64,000 nt of DNA from a virus, in IMG/VR virus record IMGVR_UViG_3300047554_000255, positions 47,221-111,220 of that record. One strand, written 5' to 3'. The notes below the pieces were generated by a model, which made no database searches, was not told the origin of the DNA, and saw nothing but the letters and a program-made list of their open reading frames with translations. This document shows, piece by piece, positions 20,301-29,193 of this stretch. The position numbers and the translations under genes are program-made. Numbering within the stretch: position 1 is the first letter of the stretch; the number at the start of each line of letters is the position of its first letter.

Positions 20301-20934
20301 CTTTAGCTGCTGCCTTAGCTCTTGACCATAATGCTGGGTTAGTAGGAACGTTTCCGCCTTTTGCCATTAGTTCTGTTGGGTAATCGTAGTTATAATCCAT
20401 TATATCTCCACCGTATTGTTTTCTTCTATGTTGATAGTTAATACGCTCACTAGAAGTTTTTGATCTCTTAAACTTTTCACGTTCAGCACTTGATAACTCA
20501 CTTGCTGTTTTTGGTGTATCTTCACTTACTCTTTTTGAAGGACGACATGCTGGATAACCTGCTCTGCTTTCACCTTCTTGTCTACCGCAAGGTTTACCAG
20601 TCTTAACATCAACCCACTTCTCTGCAAACCATCTATCTAATCCACCGTGCTGACCACCCTTAGCCATCTCAGCATATTCATCCATAAAAGGATACTCCAT
20701 AACACTACTAGCACCAGGATAAGAATATTGCTGATTAGGATACATCATCTGAGGTTGTCCAACATTAGGAACACCTAACACAGGATAGCTAACACCATCC
20801 ATCGTAATGTTATTAGAAGGGATGTTTGTTACCTCACCAGGATGTTGCCATTGATTCTTTGGAACCTTTGGCTTACTTGGTTTTTTGTTTAGATCCTTTG
20901 TAATCTGTGTTAATAATGATCTGTTAAAACTCAT
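17383..20934 (-). CDS. Modular cargo polyprotein-like protein (1183 aa) with small basic modules, a Cys/His peptidase-like module and a C-terminal lysozyme/transglycosylase-like module
   Basis: ORF track. About 12 xxxGG linkers. The C-terminal AIAGTESG...SASGTFQITDGT resembles the SLT/lysozyme ES and GxxQ motifs. Start overlaps the muzzle stop (ATGA). Confidence 0.6.
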   Translation of the reverse strand: MSFNRSLLTQITKDLNKKPSKPKVPKNQWQHPGEVTNIPSNNITMDGVSYPVLGVPNVGQPQMMYPNQQYSYPGASSVMEYPFMDEYAEMAKGGQHGGLDRWFAEKWVDVKTGKPCGRQEGESRAGYPACRPSKRVSEDTPKTASELSSAEREKFKRSKTSSERINYQHRRKQYGGDIMDYNYDYPTELMAKGGNVPTNPALWSRAKAAAKAKYDVYPSAYANGFAAKWYKSHGGGWRKGQYGMEVMGQGGTNNPGFQALPDYVQHKILSEMSFGGYMPEFGSGGYTVTRSSDRKGKTHKVTGPDGTVKYFGDSKLGQHPKDPERKAAFYARHKKNLDANPYFRAFARATWQDGGQTDSTLENIAEVFDPTGITSWDDVYRSAVDPNSKWYETGIEIAGALPLLGKLGKLTKAGIHLKKYKGLDKVLYNALPKNATLSKTIDAIGTAGRGSDAYQAIQQLPGNKFLPFAEGGQTRNEREMVEGIADILSQVRDPQNRAEIAKQMMSDFRRDDVAYNQQKFLEMSELKYGGMQKYQTAGQVIKPKKGYIDLSEYGYNALDAEGIAKAEELNKMYPGSKFVCTAKGCADIARQIGDAKGYDFGRNNAWGYRGNIPELYVNPGYKEELEAGKPLHNPRSYGFPEEVKQLSGVLVGLNRKDNFDGKMAKTTAEANDSRDYANRMLYAGNNAGHEHIGYFGDGMMYHGTASSKDHPAFYVIDDPKDGIALPGISKYNVVNAMGEPGLMDRAASTFNSVTGSVADAFNDFKAKFIKQQGGTAYNEMVQRLAYKKKGGLLKAQVGKQNPFFPNLNPAQEAADAQAQMPSDTNPFGVYDAVSQEGAGIAGQMKSKILKENTAATATTTDQKKQQKSNPMLNPFFALNTFIGGANLNAQAKREEANRQMLRSQNATWNQQYDSIMNRGDYSQGPSSYGLYKPDQMSVPGFFADGGLTSLDVALGMAPTMVPNLTPDLNYAAFDMPATKSPEVATPASPESYNVTPAADVAGLELDPDKMLEAIAGTESGSKKGQSKVGMRTKLIGDGGKRASASGTFQITDGTLKQIYKKDQFNDAFPTFNAFKAAFDKDPQVEYQAARSLAVDHIKNYGVYALGAWYYPEFASRAAKGDMTVMNQIPRADYGNRMTWGQNFNKNLNSYKKALSKSQFGGEMELTMEEIQQIKAMGGKVEFC

Positions 20935-23900
20935 CGTTGACTGATTTGTAGCTTAGTGCTTATTATCTTGAATAACATTTTGGTTGAACCACTCTTTATC
21001 TTACGTAAGAATACACGGTTTGCATAGTGTCTAAACTTCTTACGCTCAATCTCTGACTTCTTATAGTCAACATACTTTGGATTAAGAGCTCTTGTATATC
21101 CGTTTGACGATACATTAAACATAGGAACCTCGTTACCAACAAACTCACCTCTGTTCTTTGTAATATCCCAGAACTGGTTAAAGCGGTACTTGTTCTCTTC
21201 TTTTGAATAGTTGATCTTTATGCTATCAGATTGAACCATTGGATATAGTAACAAGCTTATAGGATCATCCTTTCTCTTTAAGTTAAGGTCTAAGTAACCT
21301 GATACTTGTTCTGAATTATATACTAAAGCTCTATCAAAGTTATCATCAAGAAGATGGAACTTATCATTACCATCATTTAGATACTTAAAGCACTCAAGAA
21401 TGTACTCAACGTTCTTAACAGTAGCTACATTAACACCTGTTGATGCTACATACTCTACTTCAAATGGATAATCAACACCATAGAAGTTACAGTATAAGTC
21501 AGTTCTGCTGTTATGTCTCCATACACCTTTATCTTGTACAGTCAAGAATGAACTTCTTGCTGGAATAATAAAGTTAGGATGCCAGTCATGGATTGATATA
21601 AACTGTTCGTTCTTAACATCATAACTCATTGTCCAAGATGCATTCTCAAAATGTAATGGATCTCCAAGAGTTACAGCAGTCTTTGTTTGTTTAACAACGC
21701 CATTATCAATAAACTCTTCTCCTAGTGTGTAGAATCCATTTATTGTGTCGTACTTAAGATCTTTGTTTATTGGCTTGTAATCCTTTTTAGTAATGTATAA
21801 GATCTCATTAGTATTATCATAGGACATGTTACAACCAACACCAATAAGAGGATTATCGTAGTGAGCAAAGTTTGGAAAAGCTTTGAGCAACTGTGAAGGA
21901 AGATACTTAGCAAACCACCACTTGTTGCCGTTTCTTGAGATTTCTTTATACTGTCCCGCATACTGGAATATTTTACCTTGTTCCTGAGATACCCAGAATA
22001 CACCAGCTGGTATACCAACAATAGCATACTTACTCTGACATGAGCCATATTGGTACTCATCATCAGTATTCATAATGTTTCTCATTGGTTGGTTAAATAA
22101 ACCTCCATCTCCAACGGTAATCTTGATACCTGCATCTGTTTGTAGTGAGTCAACACCTTGAATCATTATTGGTGATTCATTCTCTAACATAATAAGGGCT
22201 CCTGTGTGACCAACAGACTTTAAAGCTGTTACTCTACCACTCATATCAATGTAGTTGTTAGGTAAGAAACGCACCCAGTTATCTTGCATTTGCTCTTGCT
22301 CTTGTGGAAGAGAATACATAATTCTGTTTGGTGAGTAACTATAACATTGCTCAGCTACTTTTGGATCGTAGCTACGAGGCTGCATTGATCCCCAACTAAC
22401 ATAGTTGTTGTATAACTTAGATACACTAAGAGAGTAATCATACTTGTAGTAGTTACCCTTCTTCATAATGTCTGATCTAAACATTGATGTAAGATCAGTA
22501 TACTTATCCGGATCGTAGTGACGCTTATCAGGAGTCTCATCCCAATCGCGATATGCTAAGTTTACTTCTGACTCTACAAAGAAGTCTCTAACCCCATTAC
22601 AGAATAAGTAGAAGTGCCCTCTGTTAACATAAGAATCAACCTCATGTCTATCGTCAAGGTGTGAGAACGCTGTTGTACCATCTGTTACTAAACGTTTTGC
22701 ATCTGTATTCTCTAACCAATATCTTGGGTAAGCAACAGACATTCTTGCACGATAGTCATATAACAACTCATCTTGTTGATCATACAACCAATCATGGAAG
22801 AATAAGAACGGATTCTTTTCTGTGTAACGACCAATGTAAATATCTCCACCAAATAATACATCAGTTGAATAAACCTTTGTTTTATCTGGTTGAGTTTGAT
22901 ATACACATGTATATACAGGAACTTGCTTGATAGATTCTAGCTGACCATACTGAGATGGAAACGCTGATTTAATGGCACCGTAGTATCCTGAGATCGCAGA
23001 TTTAACCGTTGTATTAAGATCAGTCTGTAACTGTGTCTTTGTGTTTCTACTAGTGTCAACTATTTTTGGAGCATCAAACTCACGAGTTGTATTAACTAAT
23101 ACATACTTACCTCTATGCAAGTTATTGATTCTATACTCATTGTAAGACTGTAAGTTGTCTCCGATATAGAAAGCATCAGCTACTTTTCTACGAGCATTAT
23201 CAACACCTGTGTTAATACTGTAGTTGCTATAGAATCCATGTGAGTCATACTGTGTTGCAAACTGACGCTTTGGTATCATGCTTGCAACAACGTTTATTAC
23301 CTTTTCACTGTATTGATCTTTTAATAACTTAGCAGCATAGATTAAAGCAACAACGTTTGCTGTATAGATAGCAAGGTTTGCAACATAAGCAGCAATTGAT
23401 ATAGCAGTTGTTACAGCACCTGTAGCACCAAAAGCATCTGAAGCAGCAGCAGGAGGAGCTGGAGTTGGAACACCGCCACCTAAAGAGAACTCGAACGGCT
23501 CACCTTCTGTACCGCCAAACTTAATAGTTTTCGCCGCATTCGTAAGGAGATTAGTTGCAATAAGAGTACTAAGTAGATTATCAATAGTTCCTTTTGCAGC
23601 TTCACTTAAAAGCTTAAACTGTGGGTGTTTGTATACATACTTGAAAGATCCTTCAGATGTACCATATACTTCACTATAAACCTTAAGTTCAGATGCTGAA
23701 AGATATGGTTTAGAGAATGATGTATCAGGACTATGGAAAGAGAACATGTCTTTTCTATATTCCTTAAGACCATCTTCTAAACGATTGTTTCTTGCACCAC
23801 GATCAATAAAGCTCTTGTTTGACGTTAAGAAAAGATCTTCTCTTAAGTCATTGTATGGATAGTTCTGATACAAACCTTTTACTCCTGGTTGATCAGGCAT

Positions 23901-25529
23901 ATCATGTTGACGCATGTTGTTTAATAAACCCTTTGCAACAACAGTCTTATTACCTTCTCTTGAACCTCTAAGGATCTCATATCCAATAATATCATTTAAT
24001 GGATTACCAGCATTATCTACTGGTACAGAGATATTCTCAAACTTAACTCCAAGAATACGTATCTTATCACCACCTTGTGACTGATGATATACTTGTTCAG
24101 CTAATGAGTTATCAGGAAACTTATGATGTCTAATCTTTTCTCCACATAAGTTACCCCAAATCTCTGGTTTATTATCTGGATAAATCTCTGTAGATTCCCA
24201 GAAACCCATCTCTCCTTCAGCAATAACAACACCACCGTCTGCACGTGGTGTATTAGGAACAGATAAAACCTCAGCTGTGTTCTTTACTTTCCATACTTCG
24301 GGTGAATCATCTCCTTCAATAGCACTTGCATCTGCAGAGAATAAGTAATTACGCTCATCTGTACGAGGAGCTCTACCAGGAATATGGTATGATGCTGACT
24401 TATCACCTGTATTGTATATCCATCTGATAAAGAAAGCATACTGCTCATCTCTCATGTATCCTGTATTGTTACCACCTTTTAAGTAATAGTTTGCAGGATA
24501 CTCAACACTTGCCCACTTAGTTTGGATCTTATTAGCTAATGGTTGATAATTAAAGTCAAACTTACTTTGTATACCAACTCTAACAAGATAGTTGTTTAAT
24601 CTAAATGTTGCATCAGATGATTCAATCGCTGGAGTTACTAATGGAATAAGTTCAAGTGGTACTGTAATAAGATCTGGTTCAACAGAATCAATATACACAC
24701 GGTTCTGATTAACTGAGTATATACCTAATCTTTTGGCCGTAGTTTGATTATTTACTACTGAGATGAGTACTAACTCAAACTCATCAAAATCTTGGTCTGT
24801 ATTCGAGATATCAACGGTTAAACTACCCCCTTCTCCATCATGATCAAACAAACCTTGTACTTCAGATACAACAAGATAGTCAGTAACACGAATACTATTG
24901 ATTGAATAAGCAATCGCTACTTGATAAGAACCATTACGTAATGTACCAGCAGCTTTACCTTTCTCAATATTAACACATGGTATAGTTAAGATTTGAGCAA
25001 GACGCATCTGCTCAACGTCAAGAACTCCTGTTGATTGTTCAATGTAGCACTCGCCTTGCTTTACTTTCTTTGTAACATAAGGAACATTATCAAGATCTAA
25101 TACACGAGATGGATTACGACGACCATCATCAAAGTATACTTTATATCCGCAATCAAATCCTTTACGAGATGCTCCTGTGATAAGATTGTTCTTATGAAAG
25201 TTTAACCCACGGTCATTAACAACAGTCTTGTATGTTCCAAGGTTAGCATCAAAGATACCAATCTCAGAATCAACGTTGTCAGTTGTAAATAAAGCCCATG
25301 TACCATCTGTAATAGGTATAGAACCAATAAGTGTATATGGTAAGTCAACTGTATGTAGGTTAGCTGGCTCATTACCAAGAACACCAACTTGCCCATCATG
25401 TGAGTTGTTGACAGCGTTTCGTGCATGCAACCATACGCCTTCACCAACGAAGGTTTCGTTAAGGTCTTTCATCATACCTTTTGAGAAGGTATTGATTACA
25501 CTAGCGTTATCTTTTGGTGATGTTGCCAT
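20931..25529 (-). CDS. Tail stabilization / muzzle protein (crAss-type)
   Basis: 1532 aa with N-terminal NTFSKGMMKDL, a GYMRDEQYAF motif and C-terminal ISIHDW/YNSEQVSG. Located after ring genes and before cargo genes, as in crAss-like phages. Confidence 0.75.
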   Translation of the reverse strand: MATSPKDNASVINTFSKGMMKDLNETFVGEGVWLHARNAVNNSHDGQVGVLGNEPANLHTVDLPYTLIGSIPITDGTWALFTTDNVDSEIGIFDANLGTYKTVVNDRGLNFHKNNLITGASRKGFDCGYKVYFDDGRRNPSRVLDLDNVPYVTKKVKQGECYIEQSTGVLDVEQMRLAQILTIPCVNIEKGKAAGTLRNGSYQVAIAYSINSIRVTDYLVVSEVQGLFDHDGEGGSLTVDISNTDQDFDEFELVLISVVNNQTTAKRLGIYSVNQNRVYIDSVEPDLITVPLELIPLVTPAIESSDATFRLNNYLVRVGIQSKFDFNYQPLANKIQTKWASVEYPANYYLKGGNNTGYMRDEQYAFFIRWIYNTGDKSASYHIPGRAPRTDERNYLFSADASAIEGDDSPEVWKVKNTAEVLSVPNTPRADGGVVIAEGEMGFWESTEIYPDNKPEIWGNLCGEKIRHHKFPDNSLAEQVYHQSQGGDKIRILGVKFENISVPVDNAGNPLNDIIGYEILRGSREGNKTVVAKGLLNNMRQHDMPDQPGVKGLYQNYPYNDLREDLFLTSNKSFIDRGARNNRLEDGLKEYRKDMFSFHSPDTSFSKPYLSASELKVYSEVYGTSEGSFKYVYKHPQFKLLSEAAKGTIDNLLSTLIATNLLTNAAKTIKFGGTEGEPFEFSLGGGVPTPAPPAAASDAFGATGAVTTAISIAAYVANLAIYTANVVALIYAAKLLKDQYSEKVINVVASMIPKRQFATQYDSHGFYSNYSINTGVDNARRKVADAFYIGDNLQSYNEYRINNLHRGKYVLVNTTREFDAPKIVDTSRNTKTQLQTDLNTTVKSAISGYYGAIKSAFPSQYGQLESIKQVPVYTCVYQTQPDKTKVYSTDVLFGGDIYIGRYTEKNPFLFFHDWLYDQQDELLYDYRARMSVAYPRYWLENTDAKRLVTDGTTAFSHLDDRHEVDSYVNRGHFYLFCNGVRDFFVESEVNLAYRDWDETPDKRHYDPDKYTDLTSMFRSDIMKKGNYYKYDYSLSVSKLYNNYVSWGSMQPRSYDPKVAEQCYSYSPNRIMYSLPQEQEQMQDNWVRFLPNNYIDMSGRVTALKSVGHTGALIMLENESPIMIQGVDSLQTDAGIKITVGDGGLFNQPMRNIMNTDDEYQYGSCQSKYAIVGIPAGVFWVSQEQGKIFQYAGQYKEISRNGNKWWFAKYLPSQLLKAFPNFAHYDNPLIGVGCNMSYDNTNEILYITKKDYKPINKDLKYDTINGFYTLGEEFIDNGVVKQTKTAVTLGDPLHFENASWTMSYDVKNEQFISIHDWHPNFIIPARSSFLTVQDKGVWRHNSRTDLYCNFYGVDYPFEVEYVASTGVNVATVKNVEYILECFKYLNDGNDKFHLLDDNFDRALVYNSEQVSGYLDLNLKRKDDPISLLLYPMVQSDSIKINYSKEENKYRFNQFWDITKNRGEFVGNEVPMFNVSSNGYTRALNPKYVDYKKSEIERKKFRHYANRVFLRKIKSGSTKMLFKIISTKLQISQR

Positions 25530-26440
25530 TACTTAAAGGTAGTATTTGAAGCTGAACTAAACATTGCATAGTATCTATTGTATTGAGCTTTTCTGTTCTT
25601 AGCCCATAGATCATGCATCTCCTGGAAGTTAGGAGTATTAACTATCGATAAAGCGTTATTTCTTGCAGCTCTATACAACGGTTCAATAAGTTGAATCTGA
25701 TTAGTAACGGTATTCTCACCGTTCATAAACAAGTTTTCAAGAATACGTTTCTTTAAAGCATACTCATAGTATTCGTTAATCATTGGATGATCAAGAACTA
25801 ATAAGTTACCATCTTCGTCTTCTAATGATCCTTCGTAGTTTATGTAGATCTTACCCTCTGTTAGATTAGTATGAATAAAACCATTCTTGATCTCTGCTCT
25901 CCAAGCTGTGCTATCTCCTGCAAGCCCCATACTTTGAGCGTAACGAGATAAAAACTTACTTGGGTTCATATGTACTCTTTCGAAGTGATCGTAGATTCTA
26001 ACCTCGTTTCTGATCTTCTCAACAAGTATTACCTCTCCACAGTTGTCACCATTTTGTTGAGTTGATGTAGTATATGTATTACTACATCCACAAACAGTAG
26101 CTTCAGAACCACATGATGCACAAACACTAGGGTCAACAACAAGACTCAACTCTTCTGTTTGACGACCTGCCATTACAGGAGTCTTTACTTTATACTGACC
26201 TAACAACATTGCATTGTTAAGCACATAGAAGTCAAGAGGTAAGCGAGCTTTTCCTTTTGTAATCTCAAGCACTGTCTCTTTTGTCTTATTGATACGAAGA
26301 CCAAGATCATAAGAAACACGTTGAGCAACTTTGATAAGATCAGCTGGCTCGATCATCCCCTCAAGATTATACATACGAAAGTCAGATGACACGGATGCCA
26401 TCAACTCGTCAAAGGTGCGATATTGTAAGTCAGTATTCAT
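25529..26440 (-). CDS. Tail ring / tail tubular protein
   Basis: 303 aa. KARLPLDF and DEDGNLLVLD motifs resemble crAss ring proteins. Directly upstream of the muzzle gene and translationally coupled. Confidence 0.6.
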   Translation of the reverse strand: MNTDLQYRTFDELMASVSSDFRMYNLEGMIEPADLIKVAQRVSYDLGLRINKTKETVLEITKGKARLPLDFYVLNNAMLLGQYKVKTPVMAGRQTEELSLVVDPSVCASCGSEATVCGCSNTYTTSTQQNGDNCGEVILVEKIRNEVRIYDHFERVHMNPSKFLSRYAQSMGLAGDSTAWRAEIKNGFIHTNLTEGKIYINYEGSLEDEDGNLLVLDHPMINEYYEYALKKRILENLFMNGENTVTNQIQLIEPLYRAARNNALSIVNTPNFQEMHDLWAKNRKAQYNRYYAMFSSASNTTFK

Positions 26441-27117
26441 TATCTAAAGTTGCTTTGTTTATCAGCAGATACATCAGATGGTATCTGTAAAGTTATACCG
26501 AAGTCTTTCATTACGTTTGACTCAATCTCACCATGTAAGAAGTCAGGAACGTTAAACGGTTCTAGTTGTCTGAAGTTGCAGTCATCAGAAGGATCACAGT
26601 TCCAACATCCAACACTATCTTCAAAAGCGGCTTCAATCTTTACAGCATCCCAATCAAGATCTGGAAAGTATAAGTAGTCATTCAAGAACCAGAAGTACTT
26701 TGTTTTATTATACTTATAGTTCTTCTGCTTTGCAATATTCAAGAACGTTCCTGGAGTTGTTGCTTGTAATGATTCACTGCCGTCAATAGATGTTATTGAA
26801 CGAATCAATGGTCCCCAGTATCCTTGCATGAATGCAGGTATCTTTGCTTTTGTGCGTCTAAAGGTAAGACCAGATTTAATACCTGTACACTGTGCCTCAA
26901 CACGATCAATCTCAACAAGCTCAACATAGTCGAGTGTTTGAAAGATAGAAGAGAAAGACATAATCTTATTCTTTCCGTCTTCACGCTTCATTAACCACTT
27001 AGCATGTTTACTAATAAGACTATAAATAAAACGATCAGTTAAAAAGGCGTCTGATTTGACAGCCTTTAACTGATTACGTACTCGTGAGATAACTTCTCCA
27101 ATAGTGGTTCTTGCCAT
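26440..27117 (-). CDS. Tail ring/neck protein
   Basis: 225 aa in the conserved crAss tail block, with overlapping stop/start to the next gene. Confidence 0.5.
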   Translation of the reverse strand: MARTTIGEVISRVRNQLKAVKSDAFLTDRFIYSLISKHAKWLMKREDGKNKIMSFSSIFQTLDYVELVEIDRVEAQCTGIKSGLTFRRTKAKIPAFMQGYWGPLIRSITSIDGSESLQATTPGTFLNIAKQKNYKYNKTKYFWFLNDYLYFPDLDWDAVKIEAAFEDSVGCWNCDPSDDCNFRQLEPFNVPDFLHGEIESNVMKDFGITLQIPSDVSADKQSNFR

Positions 27118-27124
27118 GATTGTA

Positions 27125-27709
27125 TTAATCTAAGTCGAACTCATCATAGTTAATGAGGTCTTCAGCTGTTTTCTTATCTTGTAGATCCTTTCGATTTGAT
27201 ATACGAAACATTCTAGAGACCTGTTGAAAGTTATCGACCACGGGATACTTCTTCCACTCAATCGGATAAGTCTTTGCAACAGTACGTTTAAAGTCTCGGA
27301 CACCAGTAAAGCCCCACATGTGATGAAACTTAAACCTATACTTGACTTCAAAGTTGGTATAGAAGATCTTTGCTACGAACTGATCTGACTCCCAGTTTTG
27401 TCTTTGTACTTTGACACCATAGATAGCAGACTTCTGATAGTCAGTATTATCTGTAACCTTTCGTTTACATGTACCAATGAATAAATAACCAAGATGTTCT
27501 GGTAGTTCTACCCCATCTCTATTATCTATAACTGTTTCCCAGAGCTTGCCGTTTATTGCAATAACGATCTCTTTATACTCTTGGTATGTTAAAGAACGAT
27601 ACTTTGGATTCTTCTGTAAGAAGTTTCTGTAAGTATCCTGACTAAGTATGTTTAGTTTCTTTGGACGATACCGAGGAGCGTTTAAATCTGGTTGTTTATA
27701 TACCTTCAT
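27125..27709 (-). CDS. IHF/HU-like protein of the crAss tail block
   Basis: Basic 194-aa protein. EYKEIVIAIN...DGVELPEHLGYLFI resembles the HU/IHF helix plus V-x-L-x-x-x-G-x-hydrophobic strand. crAss genomes carry IHF-like genes at this position. Confidence 0.5.
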   Translation of the reverse strand: MKVYKQPDLNAPRYRPKKLNILSQDTYRNFLQKNPKYRSLTYQEYKEIVIAINGKLWETVIDNRDGVELPEHLGYLFIGTCKRKVTDNTDYQKSAIYGVKVQRQNWESDQFVAKIFYTNFEVKYRFKFHHMWGFTGVRDFKRTVAKTYPIEWKKYPVVDNFQQVSRMFRISNRKDLQDKKTAEDLINYDEFDLD

Positions 27710-27720
27710 ATAGAGGCTCT

Positions 27721-27736
27721 TCTACTAATAATTTAC
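27721..27736 (-). promoter_or_regulatory. Conserved late-promoter-like motif copy
   Basis: GTAAATTATTAGTAGA upstream of the IHF-like gene. Confidence 0.55.
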
Positions 27737-27755
27737 AAAAAATCTGCCAAGTTTC

Positions 27756-29030
27756 CTATGAAAACATGATGTTCCCTTCAAGTATACGTTCTGTATACTT
27801 CTCAACAATCTCATAACTACAACCTGGTCTGTTAGGTCCAAAGTTTGTTCCTATCCACTTACTGCCTCCAAATAAAGACAATACGTTACGGTATCTGAAT
27901 CCATAAGCTCCTTGACTAGCTGACATATGAAGATCTCCTTTAACTAAAGATACGTAGGATGTATCTGGATCAATCTTATTATACATCAAATACTTACGTA
28001 AGTAATTCTCAACCTTATCGTTTAGATGTAATGGTAAACCATGCTTCATATCAGCATCATCTTTACCATGAGTAAACATAAAACAATGATCTCCATACTG
28101 TACATGTTCAATAAATCTCTGAAAGATCTTTGTACTTACTTGTGGATACTTTGTATTTACATATATCTCTAAAGCTCTATTAACCATATAGTCGAAGTCA
28201 CCACCATGGTTTGAGTTAGCATTCTGATAAACGTGATAGTTGTTTGCTACATCTGATGCAATCACTGAGTCTATAAACTCTTTTTCTGCTTCAACTGCTA
28301 CTTCAAATGCTTCGCGGTTATTCATATTCTGAGGAAGTTTGTGACCACCTCTAGTTGTATAACCATCAAGACCATCCATCTTATCTCCCAAATCGATAAT
28401 GAATACGTCCTCGAACTTGCCGAATATACTTTTCTGATAATGTATTTCATGTAATACTTCTGCTAAACGTTTTTTGTATACCGTTTTATCATATGAGTTT
28501 GCATACATAGCAACCCCACCAACATATGCAGCGATATGTCTGTCAGATAAATAAACAAATAATGCTTTTTGATTTGATATCGTTGGATAGAGAGTGACAG
28601 GTTTAAAGTTTTTGTCTTGGAATACTCTCGCGATTATGTGCTCTGCGTCTTCTATTGATAAGTCGCCGTCTTTTTTCTTTACTACTAATGCTGATACTAA
28701 CCAGCCGTTTTTCTTTTGTTTGTTCCAGAATCGATTAAGCTCCCACTTTGATAAATCGATCTTTAATACTCTAATGATCTCTTCTGCTGATTGAGGTTGT
28801 TCTGTTGTAGTACCTGTTATCTTTGCAGTACCATCCTTTACGTTCTCTTCAATCTCAATATCGTAAGCTAAGTCAGGGGCATCTGGATTGAACTTCTGGT
28901 CTAAAAGGACTTGTCGTTTTAACTTCTTGTATTGTAGAAGTGATAGTCCTAGTTTGTCAGCACAATAGGCATTACTCTTCTTCCAGGTAATGCTCTGTGC
29001 TACTAATTCATTGATTGATTTAGTACTCAT
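27756..29030 (-). CDS. Calcineurin-like metallophosphoesterase with N-terminal HTH-like extension
   Basis: Motifs SDRH, LGDKMDG, SNHG, FTHG and GDLH occur in the canonical metallophosphoesterase order. Confidence 0.75.
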   Translation of the reverse strand: MSTKSINELVAQSITWKKSNAYCADKLGLSLLQYKKLKRQVLLDQKFNPDAPDLAYDIEIEENVKDGTAKITGTTTEQPQSAEEIIRVLKIDLSKWELNRFWNKQKKNGWLVSALVVKKKDGDLSIEDAEHIIARVFQDKNFKPVTLYPTISNQKALFVYLSDRHIAAYVGGVAMYANSYDKTVYKKRLAEVLHEIHYQKSIFGKFEDVFIIDLGDKMDGLDGYTTRGGHKLPQNMNNREAFEVAVEAEKEFIDSVIASDVANNYHVYQNANSNHGGDFDYMVNRALEIYVNTKYPQVSTKIFQRFIEHVQYGDHCFMFTHGKDDADMKHGLPLHLNDKVENYLRKYLMYNKIDPDTSYVSLVKGDLHMSASQGAYGFRYRNVLSLFGGSKWIGTNFGPNRPGCSYEIVEKYTERILEGNIMFS

Positions 29031-29116
29031 AAGTTACTGTTTTGTTGTTAGTTACACTTATGGAAGATAAAACTGCTAAAAATATTCCATACTTCCAAGC
29101 TTTTGTTAGTTTAATA

Positions 29117-29152
29117 CAAAATAAAGACCCCCGCCATTTCTAGCAAGGGGTC
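29117..29152 (-). terminator. Probable intrinsic terminator after the fibre/Cys-rich block
   Basis: Minus strand GACCCC-(loop)-GGGGTC followed by TTTATTTT. Confidence 0.5.
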
Positions 29153-29193
29153 CCGTTTGTCAGAAGAAAACCAACAAAACTTCAGACAATGTC

